DNA of 64,000 nucleotides from Pecten maximus (Eukaryota): NCBI RefSeq assembly GCF_902652985.1, contig NC_047020.1, positions 40,176,001 to 40,240,000 of the forward strand, read 5' to 3'. Shown piece by piece: positions 52,601 to 64,000 of this stretch (position 1 is its first letter; each line of letters starts with the position of its first letter). The notes under the pieces were generated by a model. It saw only the letters and a program-made list of their open reading frames with translations, ran no database searches and was not told where the DNA came from. The position numbers and the translations under genes were made by a program.

Positions 52601-55032
52601 CGCACAAGCCAGGGTCATTTGAGGACGGGTGTCAAAGAACACATCAAAAGGAAAATAAAGCACAGAAAAACAAGGCAGTGAAAAAATGAAGGAAATATTT
52701 AAGATTCCCAGTATGACAATGCGAGCAGACGATATATCTTGGTCTGTTCAATGTTCCCTAAACAGGACAAAGAAAGAAATCCATAATTCTTCAGGGGCCT
52801 ACTTTATGTCGCCTTCTACGATCACCATCCAGTGGAATATATCTGGACTTATTTTTGGGCTCCCCTCATCCCCTCCTCCTCAAATATTGCTCATCCGCTC
52901 CTGCACGGATTAATCACAGGTGTTTTAAAATAATTTTTCACATTGACTGTCACGATTGTCAAAACAGTCAATCATGTGAAATTAAACAAATATCTCATTC
53001 TTTTAGGCTGGACGCAGCAGAGTAGACATTGATGTCTACGAAGCCTTCACCATAAAAACCATATTCTTCACTATGCGGTATATGTGTGAGGAACTCATTG
53101 TACCTACTGGAGGGTTCGAGTACAAGAGCCAATTATCTACACATCAACAAATCACATTTCCTAAAGGAGCTGTACAAAGAAACACCAAAATAGCTATAAG
53201 TGTACGTGTTAAGAATTTAATAACATGCATCATTCTTTAGATAAATAAACATATAATGATTTGCAATAAGATGTCCTTTGATAGACAGAAAACAAGCCTT
53301 TTTTCACAAGAAAATTGTTTGAGAAAAATATTAATAAACCAAATGAAACGGATATCTAATGAAACAAGACAATGTATTAACTCTTTCTGCTATAACTCTA
53401 ACAATTTTAACATCGTGAATATCAAAATAATGCATAATAATTTGATGTGTATTCAATTATTTAGGCTTTGTCCCTTGAAGATGAATGCAAGAGAAACAGG
53501 CTGAAAGAAAATATGGAAGCTGAACAGACTAATATTTCCAGCCTATCAGATATTGTATATGTTCGCCATTCACAGCCTTTTAGGAAGAAGGTCAAACTTC
53601 AACTTAAACTTGATTGCCTATTCACCGGCGACGAATCCCATGAAACCTTTCTATTTCATTGTGATGACGATGGGAATTTGAATTTGTTAAATGATGTGGA
53701 GATGAAGATGGTTGCCGAAGAAGCAGGACATATGCAGATATATGAAGTAGAAGTTGACAGTTTTTCAGGGCAAGTTTGAATATGGTGCAAATGATAGATA
53801 TATATATATGCTCTGCAAATTGTTTGACACATTACTATATCTTGTAATGGGAATTTGGCAAATAAGGTAGTGCGCTATATCAATGTTGTATATTATATTA
53901 TTATCAAATTTCAATGGTCGAATTGACGTCACAGTACTTTGTGTCGTCTTCCAAGGGATGTTTCGCACAATTTGCAAAATTTCTGATAATGTACCTTTTC
54001 AGAGCACATTCTTACGAGTTTTAGAACAAACCATTGGTAGGTTCAAAATATCTTTCCTGCGTTCAGTATTGACAAGCCAGATTGGTTGAATTATAGGTTT
54101 TATGAAGTATTGGATAAATACACACGTGTTTACATTGTTCAGTTATAATTTCTTCCGGGTTTGCAATTTTCGTAAGGCCCATTCCTCCTGTTTCCTAATG
54201 TACTCAAATATGACTAAACCAACGCATATTAATCCAAATATCTCGCCTACGTTTGCTAGTGTAGAAACTGATGAGGGATACAAATTGAAAGCAAACTTGT
54301 TATGATATAACGTGAGCATTTGCTATTCAACCTTACTAGATCTATCAAAACAAAACAAACAAATTAAATAGTAATTTGTGCGACACTTGAAATCGTATTA
54401 AATCATGGAATGTGAATTCTGCAAATGCGTAGTTTCATCCATTGTTCATCTTATGCTTCATTTATAGGGTTGGAGCGGCTCGCGGTGAGCCCGGGAAAGA
54501 CCACAGAGGACGGCTAAGGAATACCTTCGGTTTAGGCCCAGATCATTGCAGAATTCTGGTTTTCCTGTTGAGAGGAGAAGATGATAAAATACATCTGTGG
54601 TCCGACGTTATCTCCGAGAAAAAATACAAGAAGAGAGAAAAGGAGCTTAAATGCCAGAGCGACATGATTTATTTGAAGAGAACGGTATCTCCAACTGTGT
54701 CGATAATGAATTTAAACCGCCTGCGAATTACCGTGTCAGAGAATGGAAGGGTGAAACCAGCTCCTGAGGTTCCTGTGAATGGCATGTTCATGTACTACGA
54801 TCGAAATGCTGCGGAAACGTACAACCACTTCCCGATCATGAAAGATATGGGAATTAAGTGTGAAACAGGCATTATTGAGTATGAAATTGACACCTCCCCC
54901 AAACGCCTACTGCACACGGCTTACTTCAACTCTGACCTTTATATGGACCAGAGGCCTAAAACAGCAAAACGACAGGGGAAAGAACCGCAACGACCAGGAT
55001 GTCAAAAGAATCCATTGCCGGACATTCGCTAA
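46626..55032 (+). CDS. ZU5/UPA-like domain protein (DTHD1/PIDD1/ankyrin-type module) with acidic N-terminus, 6 coding exons, 572 aa
   Basis: Exons 46626-46639, 46845-47084, 51433-51832, 53007-53201, 53465-53769 (GC donor) and 54468-55032, phase-consistent (1719 nt), with an in-frame TGA at 46608 upstream of the ATG. ZU5-like motifs IVPTGGFEYKS...ITFPKGAVQRNTKIAI, SDIVYV...PFRKKVKLQL and EVDSFSG. Confidence 0.72.
47267..49575 (+). mobile_element. pearl/HINE-like non-autonomous element carrying a satellite array of about 13 x 157 bp
   Basis: ACAAGAGGCCCATGGGGCC 5' end, tandem core repeats at about 47480-49500, GACG-type microsatellite at 49502-49527, and terminal palindrome AGCTCACCGGACC(ttc)GGTCCAGGTGAGCT at 49543-49572. 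Confidence 0.8.
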
Positions 55033-56407
55033 CGTCGTTTGTGCTTGCTTCTATATTACGTATACTGTAAGTTTATTTCAATGGCCAATGTTAACTGTTC
55101 CTTGCTCAGGAGATATTGACACTATAAAACTAATGCAACTGGGCCTTTGCATAAGCTTAAAGGGAGAAAACTACCTTACATTGCGTATTGTTTTAAGTGT
55201 ATAACGGGAAAATGATGTTGAATAATTAATAGGACAATGAAAATGAGTTTATCATCAACCAAAGATGATTAACGGATCTACATACATGATGCAATGTACA
55301 AAGACGATCCATCTATGAAATCCAAGGGTGTCACATTATCAATCTCTTATGAATATTGAACAAAAATTCACCAATACATAATGTTTTAAGTTTGTACTTA
55401 ATATCATCAATATATTCTGTTTGGTAAGATGTTGATTTAAAATATTATTCTAATAAAGCTTCTTGTCAATTATGCTTTTATGCTTAAGCTTTTCTTTACA
55501 TCAATTTTGATGCTTTTTCTCCCCTCTCTGATTTGAAGAAAATGTCTTTATCATAATTGACTAGTCACAAAAGGAAGATACAACTGTTTGAAACAGACTT
55601 ATCTATAAATGTCTTTAAATGAATACATTTAAAAGGGCGTTATTCAAGTGTGTTTATTGTGCGATCTGTATTATCAATGCAAAAGACAGTGTAGAATTCG
55701 GGTGGTTCAGCGGTAACTCACCTGCATTTCACTTAGGCGTCCGGGGCTCGATTCCCCACTTGGACATGGAAAAGTATAGGGTCAACTGCTCCGAGGTATT
55801 CCAGTTTCCTTCAACAAAAAGACTCCTCTTGCGCTTCCATCCGGGCCAACAAGTCTGATTAATTAAAGTTGGTAATCAAAACCATATGAAATACACCACT
55901 TCAATTTATTTACGTTTAAATTTCGAACGATACGGAATAAATCGGTTATTTTATTTTTTTTAGTATCCAATTGAATTTGTTTTATCTCAACATTTTATCT
56001 GTTTACTTAATACTTCATAATGAATTTGCATTTAATGTTGAACACATCATTCATATACGATCAAGAAAATATAAATGCTGTTAAGAAACACAACAAAATA
56101 TGAACAGATACATCTTTGTGAATCGAACCTTGGGTTGCTAAGAGGTAGTTCTACTATCAGGACTTGTTAACATGTGAAGTTTATGTTATCAGTTACATTT
56201 GTCAATTTATTTTTTCGTACGGTCGTATGGTATAAACTGAATGTTATTCAACCATTGTAATGCTTATTTACATGCCTTGAGACACCCACCTGTGGTAGAA
56301 ATAGAGGATATCTAAAAGTGTCTTCAGTAATACAAAATACATTTCGCGAGTGCTATCAAGACATTATCAAGATGTTAGCCGCCACTTGAATTCAATGTAT
56401 TTAGTAT

Positions 56408-56634
56408 TTGGTTTGGTTTGGTGTATTTTGGTTAACGTCCTATTAACAGCCAGGGTAACTTAAGGACGAGCCAGGTTTTTGAGTTGAAGGAAAGCCAGAA
56501 TACCCGGAGAAAAACCACTGGCCTACTGTCACTACCAGGCAACTGCCCCACGTAGGTTTCGAACTCGCAACCCAGAGGTGGAAGGCTAGTGATAAAGTGT
56601 CGGGACACCTTAACCACTCGGCCACCGCGGCCCC
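56408..56634 (-). mobile_element. Full-length copy of the same SINE (head fragment also at about 56960-57020)
   Basis: Reverse complement of 25366-25590. It produces the same spurious ORFs (MAEWLRCPDTLSLA). Confidence 0.85.
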
Positions 56635-57575
56635 TCAGTGACAATGACCTTTGTGTTTGAGTTTTTGACTTGGTATGCAAGTAACAGAAATTAGGGCATA
56701 GAAAATATTTACCTAGTTCGAGTACTCCAAAATAGGAAATTTCTATACCTGATTGGATATACTTTTAAATCTATGTTATTAATTAGATAAATTGTATGGA
56801 TGGTGCCCCTAAACAAAACCTGGAATCCTGACTGATTACAGTGTAAATGTTTTAATTAGTTTGATTAAGGAATGAAAATTAAGACAAACAATAAAGATGA
56901 TAGATTTCACACTGTGGTACAGTAACAATGCATAGTAATGTCACCAAAAGAGTTGAAATACGTGACCCAGAGGTAGAGGGCTAGTGATAAAGTGTCTGGG
57001 CACCTTAACTACTCGGCCACAGATGTAGAACATCCAATGCAACCGCGGCGCCATATTTGGTATTACTGAAGATACTATTGAGTATTCTGTTTATTCCATT
57101 TTACAGCAAAATATATCGGGGCAGCTTTAAAGTTCTCCCATTGTCGTTTGTAAGCAGTGCTTTGATTGGTAAAATCAGAAAAAGTGATATTTTTCACTAT
57201 CAAAAAGTATTCATTTTCGATAATTCAAAATGTAATAAATATAGTTTCCATATGTCGATTTTCACAATCAACATTAACTCATTTTAATAATACCAATACT
57301 GAAGAGTCAAACATAAGTAAATGTTAATAGTATTGAGATTAATCGTCATGATATAGAGGTCAAATCCGAGGCTTCGAAAAAGTAATAATAAAAGCAAATA
57401 AACAAAAATAACCGAGAAAAAAACCTTATAAATGTTGCCTTATCGATATCTCATGAACACGCTGTCCCGTCAAGGACGGCCATGACACATGGGCAATCCC
57501 AATTTTTGCATTGACCTTCGCATAAATACGTGGTCTGTCACTGATAAGCTTTTATCTTTACAGTGCTCAGCAAAC

Positions 57576-59968
57576 ATGATCAACGTCTTTATTTTGTTTT
57601 GCGCCCTTACAGCGGGTTGCTATGTAAGTACGTTTTTTTAAAGAGATTATGTTTCGTGAGCATGAGTATCTTAATAGACACCACTGGTGAATTTTCAGCC
57701 CCCTAGATTTATCATAAAATGCTTGTCAAGCTTGTCACGCTTCGATTCATTCCAATAATTTCTGGTGCAATTGTAAGAAATATCATTTTGAGATGCGGTC
57801 TCCTACAGTACCCCGTAATAATGTTTTTACTTTATTTTTTTTTTATCTCCCGCACTATCTCGATAACGCTAATACTTTATCAGCTGCTTCCTTGAAGAGC
57901 TTGATTTGAATAGCTCTTCAGGCCTGCTGGTCACAGGTTAAGGTCATCGTTGTTATAGATATAAAATCAGTTAATGCGCAATATTTTGACTAATTGCTTA
58001 TTTGGAACTGGCTGGAATGTCAAAGGCCAAGATCACTAAAAGTATGCATATAAATGAGCTGATTGCATTAACACTTAATCCAGTGATTTCTTTGGATAAC
58101 TTTTCTTGCTTTGATGTCATTGGTCAAGATCACTGTTACTATAAATAGAAAATAAGTTCATGCAAGAGAAGAAGAGTCTATTTGCTTTGTTTGTTTGTTT
58201 GCTGGGTTTATCGCCCCACGAACAATGAGTGTCATTTTGAGATCATGTCTCCTTGTAGTAGTTGGTTACCACATCACTGAAGGAAACACGGATGGCCCGT
58301 CACATGCCATTTCAGGCAGTTATGGTAGTAAAGTGTCTTGGCCAAGAACACAGCCATGAAAGTTCAGACCCGTCCGTTTCTCAGTTTCCCGAGAAACACA
58401 AACCGACATGGAAAGGGGTTATCAAAATACGCATGTCGGATCTTACACTGAGGTTATAAGGCCGCTGATCTAACCGACTGAGCTATCTCGGCCCGAATGA
58501 CGAGTCAGTGCTCTATTACCCCTTGGGGTTGTATAATGCAATGCACCGATTTACAGACATTCATTTGTATTATGTACCTTACGATTTAATGAATATAAAA
58601 GAAATCTGTTTTCCATCGAACCTGCACATTTCTACCATGATGAAAACGACGACAATCATATTTCCTATCTGCAGGCAGCCGTGGACAAAACTACCCCAAG
58701 TCATTTCCAATGTGACCTAGACAGCGAATGCAACCCCACTCAATGCTGCTCCAAGATACCCAGGTTTCTGGTGGTGAGCAAGAAAAGACAGTTGTCTCCC
58801 CCTATCAGCATGTTTGTCAGTGGTATGTTTGCATTAAATGGCCTTTTGGTGACAATATAAAATGTAACATTTCATGCTTTAATAGTAAGGGGTAATGCAT
58901 TTAATAAATACAGACATTGGGAGTCTTTGTCAGGACCAGCTAGAAAGTGAAATGGGATCACTAACGCCGTCCTGATTTACTTCTGTTACATCTATACCAA
59001 CCGTTTCGGCCGCGATAAACAAAGATAAATCGTTTGGAGAAAGCATTTCAAGTGTTCAATGTTCGCGTTTAAATTAAAGGTACATAATCAAGAATTCGCA
59101 TTTATCGCTCAGAAAATTAAGTTTTACTGTCATGACTATTTGTGGAGCTGTCAAACATAGCAATATTCACGACCAATTATAAGGAGCTTGATATTGAACG
59201 CAATTTCGTATAAAGTACGGTAACACATTGATATAGTTTCAACTTATTTTATTGCTTCATGGTAAAAAATACATCTCATTTCGTCCCCTGTCTGTCGTCT
59301 GTCTGCTGTATTTAATGAGAGTTAATCATGTACTGTTAACTGTTTGATTGTGACAGCAAGATATATCTAAAATATATCATAAGGATGCATATTTGATTTG
59401 TGTTTATAAAAAAAACATCTGTAGATTGATCTTAACGGATTATTCTGGTTAATTGCAAAGCAATGTTTAAACAATATAATAGATATATAAAAAATATATT
59501 AAAATCTATGCAAGGACGAGAAAATTAGATTGATAACGAACTGCTAAAGAAATAATAAATCACCTTTAAAATATCAATTCATTTGTGGCGTGTGTTTGTG
59601 GGTGTTTATTGCTTTGTAATGTGTGGCTGTGGGTGTTCATTGTTTTGTGGTGTGTTGTTGTGGGTGTGCATTGTTAACCCTTTCAATGTTAAAAATACGA
59701 GACTAAATGTTGTTATTTATTCATTGCAGCATCTTGCAAGCCATACATTCAACTGAATGAGTCATGCATTTATGTCATGAAAATCAATGGGGACTGCGGC
59801 TGCGCACCGGATCTTGTTTGTAAATACTTCCCGGAATTGGACGCATTCAACCCGATAAACATTAAATTGCCAACACCTCCAGCCATGCTTCAAACCCTTG
59901 CTCCAAGCAAACGAATGATGATCAATGCTAGTCCCGAATCATATAAATGTGTACCCAAAACTACATAA
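57576..59968 (+). CDS. Secreted cysteine-rich protein, colipase/prokineticin (astakine-like) fold, 3 coding exons, 144 aa
   Basis: Exons 57576-57623 (signal peptide MINVFILFCALTAGCY), 58675-58822 and 59730-59968. Ten mature cysteines in the pattern Cx5Cx4CC...CKPx7C...CGCx5C...C. Confidence 0.82.
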
Positions 59969-60199
59969 AAAGATGGAAATGTGACTTTATCTTCATGTTG
60001 TTTTTTTACTTTGTTCATACTGCACTGAAATATAATCAGCAGCAGTTTTAAATCACATTAAGTCTCAAAATAGTTTACGTTTGGGTGACTAACGACTTGG
60101 AAAGCAATTTATTCGTGTTGATTTCTTGTATGCATTTTCGTTTTTCTCTCCAATCCGTTTTAAGGTTTGAAATTAGTTATTACTCTCTTGTACGTTTCA

Positions 60200-60526
60200 T
60201 GATTGGGACCCTTGATCCACCCCTTTTCCAGCATGGAAGCCCTATTTGGAGGAATCGATCCACGGTTGGGACCCTAGGTTCCCTCACCATCATATATCCT
60301 CTAGTTTGTGGGATCCAAATGTTGGGACCATAGGTTCCCTCTTAATAATAGATCCTCTAGATGGTGAGATCCAAAGGTTGGGACCATAGGTTCTCTCTCC
60401 ATCATATATCCTCTAGTTGGTGTTATCCAAAGGTTGGGACCATTGGTTTCCTCTCCATCATAGATCCTCTAGCTGGTGGGTTCAAAAGGTTGGAACTCTA
60501 GGTTCCCTCTCCATCATAGATCCTCT
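60200..60526. repeat. Minisatellite, about 5-6 x 56 bp
   Basis: GTTGGGACC-like motif at 60265, 60321, 60377, 60433 and 60489. Confidence 0.85.
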
Positions 60527-61129
60527 GGTAGCACACCACAGAAAGACTGGGTGGTCATGGGTGTTTTTTTGTTAAGCAAATAACTCCTGTTTTAGGATAT
60601 GGATAAAAATGAAAAAATAAATGTACGCTATAACTGGTATATTCATTATGAAATAGTACATACAGGCTTCACATTTGTTAAAAATAAAAATTGGTTTCGG
60701 ATTTTAAATTTCAGGATTTTCTGAAAGTGTGTGTACACAGGAAATTTTGTTTTGCTTTCAGCGAAAAATGGAGGCTCACAATCATATGTCAAAACAAGAT
60801 TAATTCTGTCTTTGGGATAGAGATATTTGATTTCAAATAGGTTTCAGAAAAAAATTGTGTATAGAATTGTCATTTTGCGTCAAATATCATAATATTTTGC
60901 AATTTTAAAGTTATTTTTAAGTTGATACCATGGTATTCACAGGTCTGAAAGTTATCGAAAAAATAAGTTCACTTATCCTTCAGAGCTGTATTAAAATTAC
61001 AAACATTGCATAGATTACAAATATATATACTTTATTAGAGGTAATATGTAGGGTTAACTGGCAATGTTTACATATCTAAAACATGTGCCATATTTTCAGA
61101 ATTGGGCATTTTTACTGTACACTGCTACC
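60527..61129. mobile_element. Probable TIR element inserted into a tandem array
   Basis: GGTAGCA...TGCTACC ends with TCT on both flanks; the 56-bp array resumes after 61129. Confidence 0.5.
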
Positions 61130-61765
61130 TCTAGTGGATGGGATCCAAAGGTTGTGACATTGGTTTCACATTCGTCCGTGATGGAACCACTCGTCTCTTC
61201 GACCTCTTTCGTTCTTGATTTAGCGTCTTATATCAAACTTGTTAGCTCTATTGAAATCAACATATGAATTATTTCCTTTGTTTGATTTCATTGTTATGTA
61301 CAACACAGATATCATTTTTTTTAAAAGATCAATTATTTTTTGTCAAATACACATTAATGTTTTATTTATCAACTTAATTACATCACTTTACCTGTATTTG
61401 ACAGAAAGTATCTATACAATACACTTGAAGCTTTAATGACACATGCAAAATACACATGACCGATGCACCTGCATATGTATATGACCATATATGGAGTCTT
61501 ATCTTATCTAGTCTTATCAACTTGAGGTCGTTGTTTTCTCGCTACACGTATATTTTCTCAACACTTTAAATTGCAGTCCTTTTGTCCCAACTTTAGTAGG
61601 TGCTGTACATAAGCCACCTATAGCTATCAGTGCCGACTTTGTTGAGGGCAAATTAATTCGCAACTCTTAAGGGAATCAACTGTGGCTTATTACTACGAAA
61701 AATCCCGATGATAATTTCTCCCTCTCTCTCCCCCCCCCCCCCCCAACCCCCCCAACTTTCTCCTA

Positions 61766-61852
61766 CACAGGCAATATTCCTTCACGTGAAATTTTTCACG
61801 TGAATTTCACGTGAAAAGGGCAAAAAATTCACGTGAAGAAATATTGCCTGTG
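61766..61852. mobile_element. 87-bp MITE with four TTCACGTGAA palindromes
   Basis: TIRs CACAGGCAATATT...AATATTGCCTGTG with TA flanks. Confidence 0.75.
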
Positions 61853-62717
61853 TAACGCAGAGTATGTTTGCATTTTCATAACATGATTCACAGATTGATG
61901 AAGCCATCTGTGTAAGAAATTGCAAAAAAAAGTAATAAACAACGACCTGTTTTATCCGGACTCTTTATGGTTGCGACCTTGTTTTTGCAAGGGATGGTGT
62001 CTCGTTCATACTCTAGTTGATACGACTTTGGAAAATCCCTTTTTCGGTTGGTAATAATCGCCCTCACACGTCAAATGCTATTTTTATTCTTGAATTTCCC
62101 AATTAGCTATCGATAAGTGAAATTGATTGTTGCTTTATCTGATACTTTAAATGGGGGTAGAATACTTCTGATTGGGTCTGGCGTTATTTCCAAGAAATAA
62201 ACAGAAATTACTATACTGGTTCAGCTGGTGGAAAGCGGTACCATATATGAATGCATCTTACAACTCCGCAAATTCGCTTCATTAATAAATGCTAGATATC
62301 CAACTTATTTACTCTACTTCTGAATATTTGAAATCGTTCGTGCTGTTAATATGCACCAGAGAGTAATTGACACATATACTTCATATATATGTATATAGAG
62401 GCAAACATGTATATACTCACCTTATTGATATCGAGTGTCGACAGAATAAGATGATTATAATTTCAGAGTACGTATAACCAGCGAAAAAGTATTCTCTTAT
62501 CAAATCATTTCCTGCTTGCATTAAGGCATTTAATCGAAATATACATATTAAAGTGTACACAGAAATAAAAATGTTTTAAAATCATACAAAACTACAAGAG
62601 TTTGCTTAAGGATACATTCCACAAAGTCATAATCATCTCCTGATAGGGAAGAATAAACGGGAGGCATCTTCTTACAAATGGCGAATGATATGGAAATAGT
62701 GCGCATGTCAACCGGAA

Positions 62718-62925
62718 GGCGAAAAAGCGAAAAAGCGAAAAAATACCGCGAAAAAGCGCCGGATTGTAGGACGAAAACGTTTTCGCTTTTTTGCGTGCAT
62801 TTTGTCGCTTTTTCGCTTTTTTCGCTATTTCGCTTTTTCGCTTTTTCGTGTTAGTTTAAAAGCGAAATTTTAACATTAGATTTTCGCTTTTTCGCGGTTT
62901 TTCCATGGCGAAAAAGCGAAAATGG
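62718..62925. repeat. GCGAAAAA / TTTTTCGC repeats in alternating orientation
   Basis: Directly visible 8-mer repeats on both strands. Confidence 0.8.
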
Positions 62926-63254
62926 CACAAATCAGCCACCATAGATAACTGATAATGAGCGAAACACAGCTCGTTTCCGCAGCGGAGATTCCGATAGCAG
63001 TAAAGAGGCTGCGTGGTTTAAATCAGTCGATAGTGAAATGATTGTATATAACATGAAAGTGTGACTCAACAAATAACTAGAACTGATAAGGTAAGCCCAT
63101 TTATCGGTAACGAACAATACATTTTCGAGACAAGTGTTTTTCAAAGATACTTCATGTAATCACGAGAAAGTTCAATTAATATCTGAAAAGGTAGATTGAG
63201 TGCATGACTTAGGAACCAGACTATACTGGGATAGGGAATTCACAGGAAACTAAA

Positions 63255-63448
63255 ACGTAGGAAATCGCGATTTGCTTCATCAAGAAACATGACTGATATT
63301 TTAAACACCCAAATTGATAGATCTAAGAGTTAAACTTAACTTTCCGTATGTGGTTACGGAAAGTTAAGTTTAATTCTAAGATATATCAATTCGGGTGTTT
63401 ACAATATCAGTCATGTTTCTTGATGAAGCAAATCGCGATTTCCTACGT
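63255..63448. repeat. Long inverted repeat (94-bp arms, 6-nt loop)
   Basis: The arms differ at 5 positions; loop TGTGGT at 63349-63354. Confidence 0.92.
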
Positions 63449-64000
63449 CATTTTGAACATTTTTAAAGAAATAAGAATTCTTAAAATGACACAGGATTTT
63501 CATCACTAAAACGTCCATGAATAAACAATTACTTAAGAAAACCTTGCCTTCTTATATCCTGCCATTTCATAGTGTCATACTACTTGCTTTTCTCCTTTAT
63601 TTTGATTCATCATGAGAGGCATTGATTCCAAGATTTTTGAGCTACCTGCTAAAGCAAAGGATAGGGATTCTTTCCCGCAGACTGAGGCAAACCAGTCTTT
63701 ATGTCTGGTACTGGCTCTTGATAAGCAAAATCGGTACCTTCGATATAATTATCGATATAATGTAAAGGGTTTGATGTAAAACGCATCCGTACATGTGATT
63801 CCAGTGTGATAACACTATACCAGCGTCATTTGTCCATTGATGACGTTTTCATATTAACTCCAACAAGCATTCCGATCGTTCGGCCATAGAGTATTCCTTA
63901 TCAACAACATACCTGGACAAATTCTTATCATTAACAGTCACACCATAAATAAAGAACATAAAAAGAAGGTGACTAAATGTCTCTCCTTTTCTCTGACCCA

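Overview
AT-rich, intron-containing eukaryotic (animal) genomic DNA with two N-gaps. The repeat types (V- and CORE-domain-like tRNA SINEs, pearl/HINE-like satellite-carrying elements, minimal hammerhead ribozymes) suggest a mollusc, probably a bivalve; this is inference. Most short ORFs in the track are noise, and the real genes were rebuilt by hand from splice sites. Genes: (1) 5' part of an NXT1/NXT2 gene on the minus strand, with (2) a single-coding-exon ankyrin-repeat/SOCS-box gene lying in its second intron on the same strand; (3) a 12-exon POLR1E/RPA49 gene head-to-head with NXT; (4) a 10-exon aldo-keto reductase with an intact catalytic tetrad but a remodelled substrate pocket; (5) an FKRP/LicD-like gene split by a -1 frameshift; (6) a 6-exon, probably N-myristoylated ZU5/UPA-like protein without a death domain; (7) a 3-exon secreted 10-Cys colipase/prokineticin-fold protein. 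The strongest non-coding signals are: a 49-bp tandem array whose unit is almost entirely a minimal type I hammerhead ribozyme, antisense to the AKR 5' end, plus a solo sense copy inside an AKR intron; a miniature LTR retroelement whose LTRs are tRNA-like; a 23-copy minisatellite that multiplies a POLR1E splice donor; and several other transposon-mechanism signatures. All homology calls come from recalled motifs, not database searches.
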